Below are positions 48,937-60,009 of a DNA stretch of 64,000 bases, one piece after another. Position 1 is the stretch's first letter; each line of letters opens with the position of its first letter. The notes beneath the pieces are model-generated. The model ran no database searches and had not been told where the DNA came from. It saw nothing but the letters and a program-made list of their open reading frames with translations. The translations under genes were made by a program, and so were the position numbers. Source of the DNA: an uncultured Chloroflexia bacterium (lineage in GTDB: Bacteria > Chloroflexota > Anaerolineae > JAAEKA01); contig CAVPPH010000010.1 of assembly GCA_963707275.1 (NCBI GenBank), forward strand, positions 111,106-175,105, written 5' to 3'.

Positions 48937-49356
48937 TCAGCCGGCCATGCTGCGCGCAATGCCGGCCACCGCATGCATCGCCTCGTCGCCATCGGCTGCG
49001 CCATCCGCGTGGAAGGCGCCCACCAGCACCCGAAAGCGTACGCCGTCCACCGCCTCGACGATGGCGCACAGGTCATCGAACTCGCGCGGCAGCGGCGGCT
49101 GGCGCGGCGCGGCGCGCACGTAGCTCATCGCCAGATTGGCCAGCGCATCGGTCAGCAGCGGCAAGTCGGCCTGAAACAGGATGACGCCGCCCGCCAGCCG
49201 GTGCGCCAGCAACGTCTCCAGCACGCCGCCGGCATGTTCCAACTGATTGGCCAGATTCAGGTGATGCACCGCACAGCGCTCGGCATCGCCTTCGGCGTAG
49301 GCGTTGCGCAGCGCGATTTCCTGGGTTTGGACGGGAGAAATGGGAAAACTACTCAT
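48937..49356 (-). CDS. Hypothetical helical protein (TPR-tail-like)
   Basis: 139 aa ORF with coding-like composition; HHLNLANQL, LAHRLAG, LCAIVEAVDGVRF. Confidence 0.65.
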   Translation of the reverse strand: MSSFPISPVQTQEIALRNAYAEGDAERCAVHHLNLANQLEHAGGVLETLLAHRLAGGVILFQADLPLLTDALANLAMSYVRAAPRQPPLPREFDDLCAIVEAVDGVRFRVLVGAFHADGAADGDEAMHAVAGIARSMAG

Positions 49357-49459
49357 GAAGGCTGGTTTCCTCAGTAACTACAGCTCGCTGCAGATCGCCG
49401 GTAAGCGATCGCCTGTTGATTGTAGCCACTGCTCGCCCTTCTCGCAAGGTTTCCCTGGT

Positions 49460-51985
49460 CTACGACAACCCATCGACAAACCGTTTCACCTCGGCCTTGA
49501 CCGCTGCGGCATCGGGGAGATCCAGCACGCGGCGCGCGAGAAGCTGCGTATCGGTTACGGTAAGTTGTGCCAGCAGCGCCTTGGCGGCCGGGACAGCCGT
49601 CGCGGACATGCTGAACTCGTCCAGACCCAGGCCCAGCAGCACGGGAATGCCCTCCGTCCGGCCAGCCAGTTCGCCGCACAGCCCGACCCATTTGCCGGCC
49701 GCGTGGGCCGCGTCGATCACGCCGGCGATCTGGCGCAGCACGGCCGGATGCAGCGGGTCGCCAATGCCTGCCACCTTCGCGTTGCCGCGGTCTGCGGCGA
49801 AGGTGTACTGCGTCAGATCGTTGGTGCCGATGCTGAAGAAGTCCACCAGCGGCGCCAGCTTGTCGGCGATGAGCGCGGCGCTGGGCACCTCGATCATGAT
49901 GCCGGTGGAGATCGAGGCGGCGTGAGGAATGCCCGCGCGCGCGCAGCTCGGCGGCCGCCTCGTCCAGCAGCGCGCGCGCCTGTGCCACCTCCTCACAGGT
50001 GGCGATCATCGGGAACATGACGTGGATCTTGCCGTGCAGCGCCGCTCGCAGGATCGCCCGCAGCTGCGCCTTGAAGAACTCCGGCATGGCCAGCGAGATG
50101 CGAATGGCACGCCAGCCCAGGAACGGATTGGCCTCGGTCGGCAGTTGCAGGTAGGGCGCTGGCTTGTCGCCGCCGATGTCCAGCGTGCGGATCACCACCG
50201 GCCGGCCGGCCATCGCTTCGGCCACGGCTCGGTAGACCTGATACTGCTCCTCCTCGGTGGGCGGCGCGAGACGATCCTGGAAGAGAAACTCGGTGCGCAA
50301 CAGGCCGACCCCTTCCGCGCCCGCCAGCAGCGCGCTTTCGGCCTCGGCGGCGGTGGCCAGGTTGGCGACCACTTCGACGCGGTGACCGTCAGCGGTGCGC
50401 GCCTCCGCCTGCGCGGTGGTGTAAGCGTGCCTGCCGGGCGGCCAGACTCGCCTGCCCGCTGCGCACGGAACGCTGCCACGGTTGTCGTCGTCGGGATCGA
50501 CGATGACCGCGCCGGCCGCGCCGTCAATGGCCAGTTGCATCCCGGTCGCGAGATGCGCCAGTCCTTCTACGCCGACGCCTACGACCGCGGGGATGCCCAT
50601 GCTGCGCGCCAGAATCGCACTGTGCGCCGTCGGCCCGCCCAGCGCGGTGCAGAACCCGACGACCTTGTCGCGATCCAGCGCGGCGGTCTGCGATGGCGCC
50701 AGATCGTCGGCGACGATAATGGCTTCGTCGGGCAGGTCGATACTGGCCGGCCGGTCGCCGCGCAGCACTCGCTGGACGCGCGCATCCACATCGCGCAGGT
50801 CGACGGCCGCGCTCCTGAAAGCGCTGGCCGGTCATGCCCTCGTAGCGCGTCGCCTCGGTCTCGAAGACGTCGGCCACCGCGGCTTCGGCGTTGAGTTGTT
50901 GCTGAGTGATCGTGTCGTGCAGCGTGCCTGCAGGTCGGGGTCATCCAGCACCAGCGCGTGGGCCTGGAAGATGCGCGCCTGTTGCTCGCCAAGCTCGCGC
51001 GCCATGCGTCCGGCCAACTCCAGCAATTCGCCGCGAGCCTGCTGCAACGCCGCCTGACAGCGCGCCCACTCGGCCGCCGGGTCGTCCACCGTCCGGCGCT
51101 CCACGATCGCATGGGTTCGTCCCAGGACGACTGCCGTCCCTACCGCCATGCCGGGCGAGGCCGGCAGCCCCGTCACGACCAGGCGGCCGCGGCCGGCGCT
51201 GTCCAGCCGGAGTAGCCGCATCCAGGCTGGGCGCTGCCGCCGGTTCGCGTCTCGCCGAAGCCGCCCGTGCCAGCGACACCAGCGCCTCCAGCGCGGCTTG
51301 CGCATCAACGCCGCTGGCGCTGATCTGCACGTCGTGGCTCTCGTTCCGCGCCCAGCGCCAGCACCTGATTGAAGCGTTTGACGTCGGCTGGACCGGCGCC
51401 GGTAGTCAAGTTGCGGGCTGAAATGTCGGCCTGAAAGCCGGCGGCGGTCTGGACGAAGAGCACGGCCGGTCCAAAATGCAGCCCGGCATGGTTGATCAGC
51501 GTGACGATCTCGCTGACCGCCGTGCTGCCCTCGTCGGTCTGAGCGACGGCGGGCACAGCAACGGGCAGATCAGCGTCTGCACCCAGGCTTTCGCGCTTCG
51601 GCCCCAGCGCGTCCAGCGCCTCGGCGGCCACGGCTTCCAGGCTCGCGCCGATGGATGCCTGCACCGCCGCCGCCATCGTGCCTTCGATGAAGGGTGCTGC
51701 GCTGAGCCGCACTCGGGCGGCCTGATCCGGCTCCATGAACTCCAGCGCCAGCTCTGCGCTCATCAGCGCGCTGCCCAGGTCCATCAGCACCAGCACGCCG
51801 TCGTCGTGGTAGACCGACTGGATGGCGTCGAGAATCGCCATCGCGTCGGTGCCGAAGGGGTGCTCGGGGTCGCCGGTGCCGCCGACTGCGGCAATTGCGG
51901 CGCGGCCCTGAGTTTGCTGCTCAGCCAGCGCCTTGACAGCGGCTGCCAACTCAGCGCTGTGGGAAACGAGAACAATGCCTACCAT
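49460..51985 (-). CDS. Multiphosphoryl transfer protein: DhaM-like EIIA, HPr and enzyme I (frameshifted)
   Basis: MVGIVLVSHS, MDLGSA; GLHFGPA HPr; GGPTAHSAIL, GVGLLRTEF, RTLDIGGDK, NPFLGWR, SIGTNDL, CGE. Confidence 0.9.
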
Positions 51986-52096
51986 GATGAGTTTACTTTC
52001 TGATTGGGAATTTGGGCTGGGGTGTAGGGTGTAAGGGTGTAGGGTGTGAAACGTTAACAGCTTGCCGTTTGCACTCGCGCTTTACGACTTCACGTT

Positions 52097-52630
52097 TCAC
52101 GTCTTCGTGGCCAGCGCCTTCACCAGTTCACGATTGAACGCTGGGATGTCCTCGACGACGCGGCCCCAGACGAGGTTGCCGTCACGGAAGGCGGGCTCGT
52201 CGACCCAGGTGGCGCCGGCGTTGATCAGGTCGTCTTTGATGCCCAGCGAGCCGGTCGCCCGACTGCCAGCGACGATCTTCGCGGAAATGCCCACCAGTCC
52301 GGCGTGGCAGATCATGCCGACGATCTTGCTCTGGTGCGTGGATGCCTTTGACGAGACCGGTGACTGCACTCGTAGCGGCGAATCTTGTCAGGCGCCCAGC
52401 CGCCTGGTATCAACGATCGCGTTGAACTGGTCGGGTGAGACGTCAGACGCCGCGACGTCAGCCGTGGCGAAGAGACCGCCGCTCTTGCTCGCGTGCCGCT
52501 CGCCTGCGGTGACGCCGACGATCGTCACCCGCGCGCCCTCCTCGACCAGCCGCATGTAGACAGCCCAGAACTCCAGGTCCTCAAACCCGGGTCCAACCAG
52601 GAACGCTATGTGTTGACCTTCAAGCAGCAT
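52097..52630 (-). CDS. PfpI/DJ-1 family protein (frameshifted)
   Basis: GFEDLE, PGGWAPD, ICHAG, NAGATWVD, DIPAF. Confidence 0.88.
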
Positions 52631-52663
52631 AGTTTTCTCCTTCTTGTACCCGTCCTCGTACTC

Positions 52664-53661
52664 CTACGCTTTCTCGTCCGCTTCGCTACCCGCCAACAGC
52701 CCATGCGCATGCTCCAGATCGTGCTCCAGCGCGATGTACGCCCAGCCGTACGCGCTGGCGACTCTCGGTATCCGGGGCGGGGTGACGCACATCCAGCGCG
52801 CCCTGTGAAATGCCGGCCAGCGCGGCCATCAACGCATCGCGCGCCGCACGGAAGTCGGACCACACCGCGCCCCACGGTTCGGCCTTCCTGGCTGCGGCGT
52901 GTTGCTGATTCCAGGCCTCGATGGTCTCGTACGGATTCGACCTGCGGCGCCTGGCCGACGCTGATGTAGCGCAGCGCGTCGGCGATCCACCATTCCCAGT
53001 CCACCACATGGCCGAGCACGTCCTTCAACGTCCAATCGCCCAGCACCAGCCGGGTCGCCCGCTCGTCCGGCGGCGTCAACTCGACCGCGGCCATTAGCGC
53101 GGCGCGCGAGGCGTCCAGCGACGCCAGCAGGATCGCCTTGGGGCCGGCGGACGGACGCAGGTCGGCAGTCAGTCGCCAGCGTTCGATGTCGGCCGCGTGC
53201 GCAGCGTCATGCTCGTAGCGCCGCTCGGCCCAGGCCAGCGCGGTCGGGTTACCCCACGTCAGTTGCAGTTCACGCAGCATATCTTCATCGGAGAAGCGGC
53301 CCAGCAGGTCCAGCACCTGGCTGCGCGCGTCGGCAGATTCGCTGACCAGTTGCTCGGTGCTCCAGGTACGACGCTCGCGGCGCAGCGCCTCGTTGTGCTC
53401 CGCCAGGGTTTCCACGTCCACGCCCGCTATTTCGGCGTCGCGGCCGGCCAAAGCAAGGGCGAAACGCTGGACGTAGACCGCATCCCACGCCTGCACGTGC
53501 CCCAACAGATCGGACGGCGACCAGTCGTCGAATACAACGCCGTTCGCCAGGGAATCCGCGTCCAGTCCGACAAGCTGGATCAACAAGCTGGCGCGTTCAA
53601 CAGCCAGCCTGGCTACAAGCTGACGACGGTCGAAAGGCAACGTTGCCGGGTGGTTTGTCAT
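52664..53661 (-). CDS. Tandem DinB-family protein (frameshifted)
   Basis: Two repeats of W(S/T)xxD(L/V)LGH(V)xxW and EHDxxH metal motifs. Confidence 0.8.
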
Positions 53662-53743
53662 GGGAGAGTCTCCTGATCAGGGTACGGTTGAAGATGTTGC
53701 GAGGATTATGCCACAAGGCCCGTGAACCGGGCAAGCACGCGGA

Positions 53744-54541
53744 CTACAGATCGAGGGTTAGCGCGCGCGGCGCGGCGGCCTGGCTGCCAACCAGTTGCAC
53801 GTCGATGGGACCGTGGGCGCCGGGGACAGTCCAGCGGCCGCGGTGGTGGATGTGACCGCTGACGACGTGTGTCACCTTGGGCGTGTTGCGCACGATCTCG
53901 CCGACGGTGAAGTTGCCCATGTAGGCGCGCAGCAGACTCCAGATCTCGCTGGCCGGGTACTCCGGGACGCATTCGGGGAAGATGGGCACGTGGGTCGCGA
54001 CGAGGATCTGATCGACTGACGGCTCGCTGGCCAGGCTGTTCAGCCGTGCGGCAAAGCGTCGCGCCAGAAAACGCGCCATGGCGACGTCGCTCCACGGCCA
54101 GTCGATGAAGTCGGCGTCGTGGTTGACCACTGCCTTCAGCAGCCGCAACTCCGCGTCCCCCTGCGGCACTTGGCCCGAGCGCGAGGAGTAGTCGTACCAC
54201 GCCATGCTGCCGGCGATGCCCAGCGCGCCCAGCCGCACCACAGTCTCCTCCAGCCAGATGAAGCCGGCATCGCGTGTCGCCCGTGGCAGGAGGGTCTCCC
54301 ACAGGTTGCGGCTGTCATGCTCGCCGCGGTAGACGTCATGGTTGCCGGCCAGCAGCAGCTTCGGGCAGATCAGCCTGTCGAACAGTTGCAGCGCCCGCTC
54401 AAAGAGGCGTAACGGGTGGCCCGTGTCGCCAGCGACGATGAAGCAGTCCGGCTGCTGCGCCTCCACCCAGCGCGCGAATGCCAGATATGTCTCGCGCTGC
54501 GATGGCCGGTAGTGGAGGTCTGCTGTGATGACGATGCGCAC
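53744..54541 (-). CDS. Metallophosphoesterase
   Basis: ADLH, AGD, AGNHD, THVP, SGHIH motifs. Confidence 0.9.
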   Translation of the reverse strand: MRIVITADLHYRPSQRETYLAFARWVEAQQPDCFIVAGDTGHPLRLFERALQLFDRLICPKLLLAGNHDVYRGEHDSRNLWETLLPRATRDAGFIWLEETVVRLGALGIAGSMAWYDYSSRSGQVPQGDAELRLLKAVVNHDADFIDWPWSDVAMARFLARRFAARLNSLASEPSVDQILVATHVPIFPECVPEYPASEIWSLLRAYMGNFTVGEIVRNTPKVTHVVSGHIHHRGRWTVPGAHGPIDVQLVGSQAAAPRALTLDL

Positions 54542-54636
54542 GAGGATGGCTTTCGGGCGAAGTCCGGTTTTCGGGACAGCGTTATGAAGCGGGCCGCAGA
54601 CGTTCAGCTTTGCGGAAAAAGCTGAACGTCACGGAG

Positions 54637-56862
54637 TCACGGGAGAGCGGTGTTGAAGAGGCGCGTTTGGCCCGGCTGCGGCAGGCGACCGGTCCCGTTG
54701 CAGGCGACCGGCAGACCCATGCTGGCATCCCAGCTTTCGAGGCCCACAGTGCTGCCGGCTGGATCGCCCACCGCAGCATAGGTGATCCGCACCGTCCCAT
54801 CGGCCCAAAGCACGATCTGGAAGCTGTTGAGCTGGCCGTTGGACTTCGCGGGCACGTCTTTCCATTCAGCCACGAACTGGCTGTTGCCGATCAGTGCGTA
54901 ACGAACCAGCCCTCCCTGGCTGGGATCCAGGTCGTCCCACAGCGCAAAGATCGCGCCGTTGGGACTGAGGATGCTCGGCAGGCAGTGGTTTTGCGCGTAT
55001 TCGCTGCCCTGGTACCCTTCGTCGAAGCTCAGGAAGCCGTTGGCGTTGACCCAGACCTGACCGTAGCTGCGGCCATAGAAGGGAAACGCGAAGGGCAGCG
55101 GCGCAGCCTGCGAGCCATCGTCGCCAAGACCCAGGCCCAGGCCGTCAGAGGTGTCGATCCACTGCGACGCCAGCTGACCCGACCCGGTCGCTGGCAGAAA
55201 GGCCTTGTAAATCTGTGACGCGACGACGACCCGCACCGAAAGAAAGGTGGTGCTCTGCTGATTGAAGGGGTCGGTGGCGCGCAGTTGGATCGACGCGTTG
55301 TATGTGCCGGCCGGCGGCACGCTGGACATGCCGATGCGCAGGGTGGCGGTGCGACGAAACGTCAGATCCAGCCCGCTGGCAGGAGTCGCGGTCAACCAGG
55401 CGGGCGACGTGCTGACTACCTCCCAGCGCAGCGACTGCGCGCTATCGTTGGAAAGCACCACGTTGGTCGAAGCCCCGGCGCTTGCTGCCTGCACCAACAG
55501 GGTGGGGTCGGCGGGCGTGACTGTCAGCCGCGGCGGCACGGTCCAGCGCAGCGCGGCGTTGACATTGACGCGCCCGTAGCCGAGACGGTCATTGCGCCCA
55601 GCGCTGTAGGCATACGATCCGACCTTGTCCGCTGTGTTGCGCAGCACATCCTTGACCGCGTTGTTGCTGAGTTGCGGCGCATAGGCGCGCAGCAGCGCTG
55701 CTGCGCCTGAGACCTGCGCGGCAGCCATGGAGGTGCCGTAGAGATACGCATATCCACCGCCCAGGCTGGCGCTGAGGATCGGTTCGACATTGTCGCCGCC
55801 CGGCGCTGCCAGGTCGACCTGTGGCCCGCCGTTGCTGTAGTCGGCCCAGTTCTCCCAGTGCGTGGTAGAGGCAACCGCCAGCACCTCGGAGTAGGCAGCC
55901 GGGTAGCGCACCGGCGCCAGAGGCTGGCCGGGCAACGTATCGTTGCCGGTCGCGCCAACCACCAGCGCGCCGTTGCCGTGAGCGTAGGCGATCGCGCTGT
56001 ACAGGGTCGTGGACGGCGCTGTCAACGCCAGGCTGAGGTTGATCACGGCGCTGCCGCGCGTCGATGCCTGGGTGACGGCCGATGCCACATCACTGACCCG
56101 GCCCAGCCCATTGCCATCCAGCACCCGCAGCGGCAGGATGCGCGCATACCACGACAGGCCGGCGACGCCCTGGGCATTGCTGCCGCGGGCGGCGATGATG
56201 CCCGCCGCGTGCGTGCCATGCCCGTAGGTGTCCTGCGGCACACCGTCCAAATCCACGTAGTCGTAGCCCGGCTCCAGCCGGCCGGCGAACTCCGGATGCG
56301 CCAGATCTATGCCGGAATCGATCACGGCCACCAGCACGCTGGCGCTTCCGGTGGTCAGCTCCCACGCCCTGGGCGCCTGCATACGGCGCGGTCCCCACTG
56401 GTCGGCCCAGTAGCGGTCGTTGGGCTGGACGCCTTGTGCGCTGAGGGCGGGCTGAGACGTCTCCTCCAGCGCGTAGGCCACGAAGTCCGGCTCGGCAATC
56501 TTGACCAGCGGGTCGGCGCGCAACGCACCCACCGCGGCCAGCTCGGTCCCGGCCGGGACGCGCACCACGGCCGCGTCGATCGCGTCAATAGTGCGCAAGA
56601 GCTGCCAACCGTTCCGATCAAGCAAGGCAGCAGCGGCGCGGCGATCAGCAGTCTCAACCCACTGAACCAGCACCTGACCGGGCGCGAAGGCTCCATCGGG
56701 AGGAACGGCTGCCGGATTCAACACCGGTGGATCGACGGCAGGATCAGCGGCAGCCGGGCCGGCAGCCACGAACAACAAGGAAATCACGGCCAGCAGCCGT
56801 GCCAGGCGAACGGCATACGATCTGCCGCGCCGGCGACGGTGCTGGGGAAGCTGGCTCAACAT
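54637..56862 (-). CDS. Secreted S8 subtilisin-like serine protease with C-terminal beta domains
   Basis: VIDSGID, HGTHAAGII, GTSMA catalytic motifs; signal peptide. Confidence 0.92.
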   Translation of the reverse strand: MLSQLPQHRRRRGRSYAVRLARLLAVISLLFVAAGPAAADPAVDPPVLNPAAVPPDGAFAPGQVLVQWVETADRRAAAALLDRNGWQLLRTIDAIDAAVVRVPAGTELAAVGALRADPLVKIAEPDFVAYALEETSQPALSAQGVQPNDRYWADQWGPRRMQAPRAWELTTGSASVLVAVIDSGIDLAHPEFAGRLEPGYDYVDLDGVPQDTYGHGTHAAGIIAARGSNAQGVAGLSWYARILPLRVLDGNGLGRVSDVASAVTQASTRGSAVINLSLALTAPSTTLYSAIAYAHGNGALVVGATGNDTLPGQPLAPVRYPAAYSEVLAVASTTHWENWADYSNGGPQVDLAAPGGDNVEPILSASLGGGYAYLYGTSMAAAQVSGAAALLRAYAPQLSNNAVKDVLRNTADKVGSYAYSAGRNDRLGYGRVNVNAALRWTVPPRLTVTPADPTLLVQAASAGASTNVVLSNDSAQSLRWEVVSTSPAWLTATPASGLDLTFRRTATLRIGMSSVPPAGTYNASIQLRATDPFNQQSTTFLSVRVVVASQIYKAFLPATGSGQLASQWIDTSDGLGLGLGDDGSQAAPLPFAFPFYGRSYGQVWVNANGFLSFDEGYQGSEYAQNHCLPSILSPNGAIFALWDDLDPSQGGLVRYALIGNSQFVAEWKDVPAKSNGQLNSFQIVLWADGTVRITYAAVGDPAGSTVGLESWDASMGLPVACNGTGRLPQPGQTRLFNTALP

Positions 56863-57058
56863 GTCACACTCTCCGCAGCGGCGACATCACGTCAGGGCCG
56901 CTGCTGTGTTGACACCCCGATCTCGCTGCGGTAAACTCACCTGGCAGCGCGATCTGCGCAGACGCTGGCAAATTAGCCGCCGCGCATCGATGTCAAAAGA
57001 AAGCCGGCCTGCCGCGAACTGTCGTTCGCCGGGTCGCCGGCAAAGGAGCAATCTGGAA

Positions 57059-57337
57059 ATGGTAAATGCAATCGTTCTGATCAACGTCGACCGCGGTCAC
57101 GTCAACCATGTCGCCGAGCACCTGGTCAGCCTGGATGGCGTCACCGAGGTGTTTTCCGTGGCGGGCCGACACGACCTGGTGGCAGTCCTGCGGACGCCCA
57201 CCAACGAGCGGATCGCCGATCTTGTGACCCGCGAGATCATGGATATCGACCACATCGCCGACACTGAGACGCTGCTGGCGTTCAAAGTGTTCTCCAATTT
57301 CGATCTGGAGCGGATGTTTTCCATCGGACTGGACTGA
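57059..57337 (+). CDS. Lrp/AsnC ligand-binding-domain-only protein
   Basis: MVNAIVLINV..VFSVAGRHDLVAV..TETL, no HTH; AAGGAG RBS. Confidence 0.85.
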   Translation: MVNAIVLINVDRGHVNHVAEHLVSLDGVTEVFSVAGRHDLVAVLRTPTNERIADLVTREIMDIDHIADTETLLAFKVFSNFDLERMFSIGLD

Positions 57338-57344
57338 GGAGCCG

Positions 57345-57457
57345 GTGAGCAGTGATCAGTGATCAGTATTCAGTGATCGGTAATCGGTAATCGGTGATTG
57401 CTGATACGGAACATTCCTGTTTACTGACTACTGTTGACTGATAACTGATGACCGACG
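57345..57457. repeat. Short tandem heptamer repeats with inverted counterpart
   Basis: CAGTGAT/CGGTAAT units, then TACTGAC-like units, between convergent genes. Confidence 0.7.
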
Positions 57458-57458
57458 A

Positions 57459-58835
57459 CTACGAAGAAAGCAGCTTATCCACCGCGTAGGTCAACTGCGC
57501 CAGGTTGCCGGCTTCGAAGACGCTGTCCACCACCGGCAGGTAGCGGATCATGTCGCTGTCGCCGGTGCCCCACATGGTTGGCGGTTCCGGGTTGAGCCAG
57601 ATGATGCGCCGTGAGCGCCGCTTGATCTCCTCCAGCAGGTCAGTGCGCGGGTCGTTGTAGTTGTTGCGCCCGTCGCCCAGCACGATCACGGTGGTGCGGT
57701 GATCGATGGCATCCATGAAACGCTTGCTGAAGGTGTCGAGGCTGTTGCCCAGGTCGGTGCTGTAATAGCCGGGCGGCAACTGCGTCAACACTTGCTCCAC
57801 GGCCCGTTGCGTTGGCAGCTCCGAAAACGGGCCGCTGATCTCCTCCATGTCGCCGATGAACGCGAAGCTGCGCGCCCGCCCGACCTGATCCTGCAAATCG
57901 TAGATCAACGTCAGCATGAACTCGGCGCAGTGGCGCATCGAGGTGCTGACATCACAGATCAGGGCCAGCTTCGGCTTGAGGCGACGCTGCTTATGGCGCA
58001 ATTCCAGCGGCACGCCGCCGTAGCGCAGGCTGGCGCGGATGGTCGCCTTGGCGTCAAGAACACCAGTCTTGCCGCGCTTCTGGCGCAGCGCCAGCCGGCT
58101 GCGCAACTGCGCCGCCAGCCGCCGCATCTGCTTGCGCAACTCCTCGGCCTCGGCGTCGGTCAAGTGACGGAAAGGGCGATTCATCAAGTCCGGTCCGGCC
58201 TCGGGCCGCCCCTCCTGCGCCAGATTGCGCGCGATGCTCGACCCGGCGAAGCGTTCCAACTGCTCCTCCAGCGCGTCCATGTTGCCCTGCACCAGATCCT
58301 GCAGCCGGTCCAGCGTCTGGCGATTCATCCCCAGCTTGTTTAGCATCTCCCACAGATCTTCCAGCGCATCGCGCACCTTGGGCACGCCCAGCGCGCGCAT
58401 CATCCGCTGCGCCATCCACTGGCTGAGCGCAGGGTGATCGGCGCGCTGCAGGCCGACCAACTGGGCCAGTTGCTCCAGCTCCTCGCGCGTGAGCTGTTCG
58501 CCGTTCAGCAGCCGCTGCATCATCTCCCGCAATTTGCCGGTGAACTGGCGAATCGCCTCGGCCAGCATGTCCATCTCGTCTGGGCTGAGTTCGTCAGCCG
58601 CGCTGGCCATGGGCGGCGGGCTGTCGTTGCCGAAGTAGAGCGGGAAAAGCTGCTCGAAGGTCGGCACGTCTTCCGGCTCCTTGACGAGCGTCGTTCGCAG
58701 GCTGACGCGAAACCGGTCGCGGTCCTGCGCGCCCAGCAGCCCGACCGCGCGGAACGCGTCAGCGCTCTCGGCGATGGAAATGCGCACGCCCGCGGCCCGC
58801 AGCCCGGCGATGAAGTCGATGATGCGTTGTTCCAT
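57459..58835 (-). CDS. CoxE-like VWA domain protein
   Basis: LRAAGVRIS, CDVSTSM MIDAS, LGDGRNNY, WLNPE. Confidence 0.88.
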   Translation of the reverse strand: MEQRIIDFIAGLRAAGVRISIAESADAFRAVGLLGAQDRDRFRVSLRTTLVKEPEDVPTFEQLFPLYFGNDSPPPMASAADELSPDEMDMLAEAIRQFTGKLREMMQRLLNGEQLTREELEQLAQLVGLQRADHPALSQWMAQRMMRALGVPKVRDALEDLWEMLNKLGMNRQTLDRLQDLVQGNMDALEEQLERFAGSSIARNLAQEGRPEAGPDLMNRPFRHLTDAEAEELRKQMRRLAAQLRSRLALRQKRGKTGVLDAKATIRASLRYGGVPLELRHKQRRLKPKLALICDVSTSMRHCAEFMLTLIYDLQDQVGRARSFAFIGDMEEISGPFSELPTQRAVEQVLTQLPPGYYSTDLGNSLDTFSKRFMDAIDHRTTVIVLGDGRNNYNDPRTDLLEEIKRRSRRIIWLNPEPPTMWGTGDSDMIRYLPVVDSVFEAGNLAQLTYAVDKLLSS

Positions 58836-58844
58836 GGGAGTCTT

Positions 58845-58945
58845 CGTGTTGCGTGTTGCGTGAAACGTGATGCGTGATGCGTGATGCGTGAAAGCTATCG
58901 TGCAGGCGCACGCTTCCGATTACTGATTACCGGTTACCGAATCAG
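58845..58945. repeat. Short tandem heptamer repeats
   Basis: CGTGTTG and CGTGATG tandem units, then CCGATTA-like units. Confidence 0.7.
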
Positions 58946-58949
58946 CGGC

Positions 58950-59906
58950 TCAATTCAGCCCGCGGTAGACCATGCCCGAACGCCCGCCGGACTCGTCATT
59001 GCCCAGGCGGCCAGAGGAGAGGGCGCGGCGGGCGCGCAGGATGTCGGCTTCGTGTTTCAGCAGCACCGTCAGCGTGTTCTCGACCGTGGCCGCATCCAGG
59101 CTGTCGGCGTTGAGCATCACCAGCGCCTTGGCCCAGTCCAGCGTCTCGCTGATGCTGGGCCGCTTCTTCATGTCCAGCTCGCGCAGCCGCTGCACCAGGG
59201 CGACGGCATCCCTGGCCAGCTTGGGCGCCAGGTCGGGCACCTTGAGACGCACGATCTGTAGCTCGGCCTCGGCGTCGGGGTAGTCGATGTACAGGTAGAG
59301 GCAGCGGCGCTTGAGCGCCTCGCTCAGCTCGCGGGTGTTGTTGGAGGTCAGGATTACGCCCGGCACGTGGCGTGCCTTCAACGTGCCCAGCTCGGGGATG
59401 CTGACCTGGAAGTCGCTCAGTACTTCCAGCAGAAACGCCTCGAACTCCGGGTCGGTGCGGTCGATCTCGTCGATCAGCAGCACCACCGGCTGCTCGCTAC
59501 GCACCGCCTTCAGCAGCGGTCGCGCCAGCAGGAAACGCTCCGAGAAGAACACGTCTTCTTCCGAAGCCAGCCGATCCGCCGCCTCGGTTAGTGACTGCGA
59601 GTCGGCCAGCACCTGCGACAGCTTGTCGCGCAGCAACTGTGTGTAGAGCATCTGCTTGGCGTATTCCCACTCGTAGAGCGCCTTGGTCTCGTCCAGCCCC
59701 TCGTAACACTGCATGCGGATCAGTTCCTGACCGACCGCGGCGGCCCAGGCCTTGCCCAGCTCGGTCTTGCCGACGCCGGCAGGCCCCTCAGCCAGGATCG
59801 GTTTGCCCAGCTTGTGCGCCAGGAAGAGGACCGTGGCGATCTCGTCGGAGGCGATGTATTCTTGCGCGGTCAGGGCCGCTTTGACATCTTCAATGGTGTT
59901 GAACAT
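58950..59906 (-). CDS. MoxR/CoxD-like AAA+ ATPase
   Basis: EGPAGVGKTEL, QCYEGLD, LLIDEID, TSNNTRELSEALKRRC. Confidence 0.92.
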   Translation of the reverse strand: MFNTIEDVKAALTAQEYIASDEIATVLFLAHKLGKPILAEGPAGVGKTELGKAWAAAVGQELIRMQCYEGLDETKALYEWEYAKQMLYTQLLRDKLSQVLADSQSLTEAADRLASEEDVFFSERFLLARPLLKAVRSEQPVVLLIDEIDRTDPEFEAFLLEVLSDFQVSIPELGTLKARHVPGVILTSNNTRELSEALKRRCLYLYIDYPDAEAELQIVRLKVPDLAPKLARDAVALVQRLRELDMKKRPSISETLDWAKALVMLNADSLDAATVENTLTVLLKHEADILRARRALSSGRLGNDESGGRSGMVYRGLN

Positions 59907-60009
59907 GGAGAATCCTTTCCATGGATGTTAAACGCAATTATCCACGATTCCGTTCGCGCGCGCCGTGAGACGCGATACTGTTCAACAAGGCTGTCGTGGC
60001 AACAGTCGG

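Noticed and set aside
58860-58892. GTGATGC copies as extra STAND boxes
   Set aside because: They are 7-bp tandem units (GTGATGCG) without the GCA ending or a correctly spaced -10
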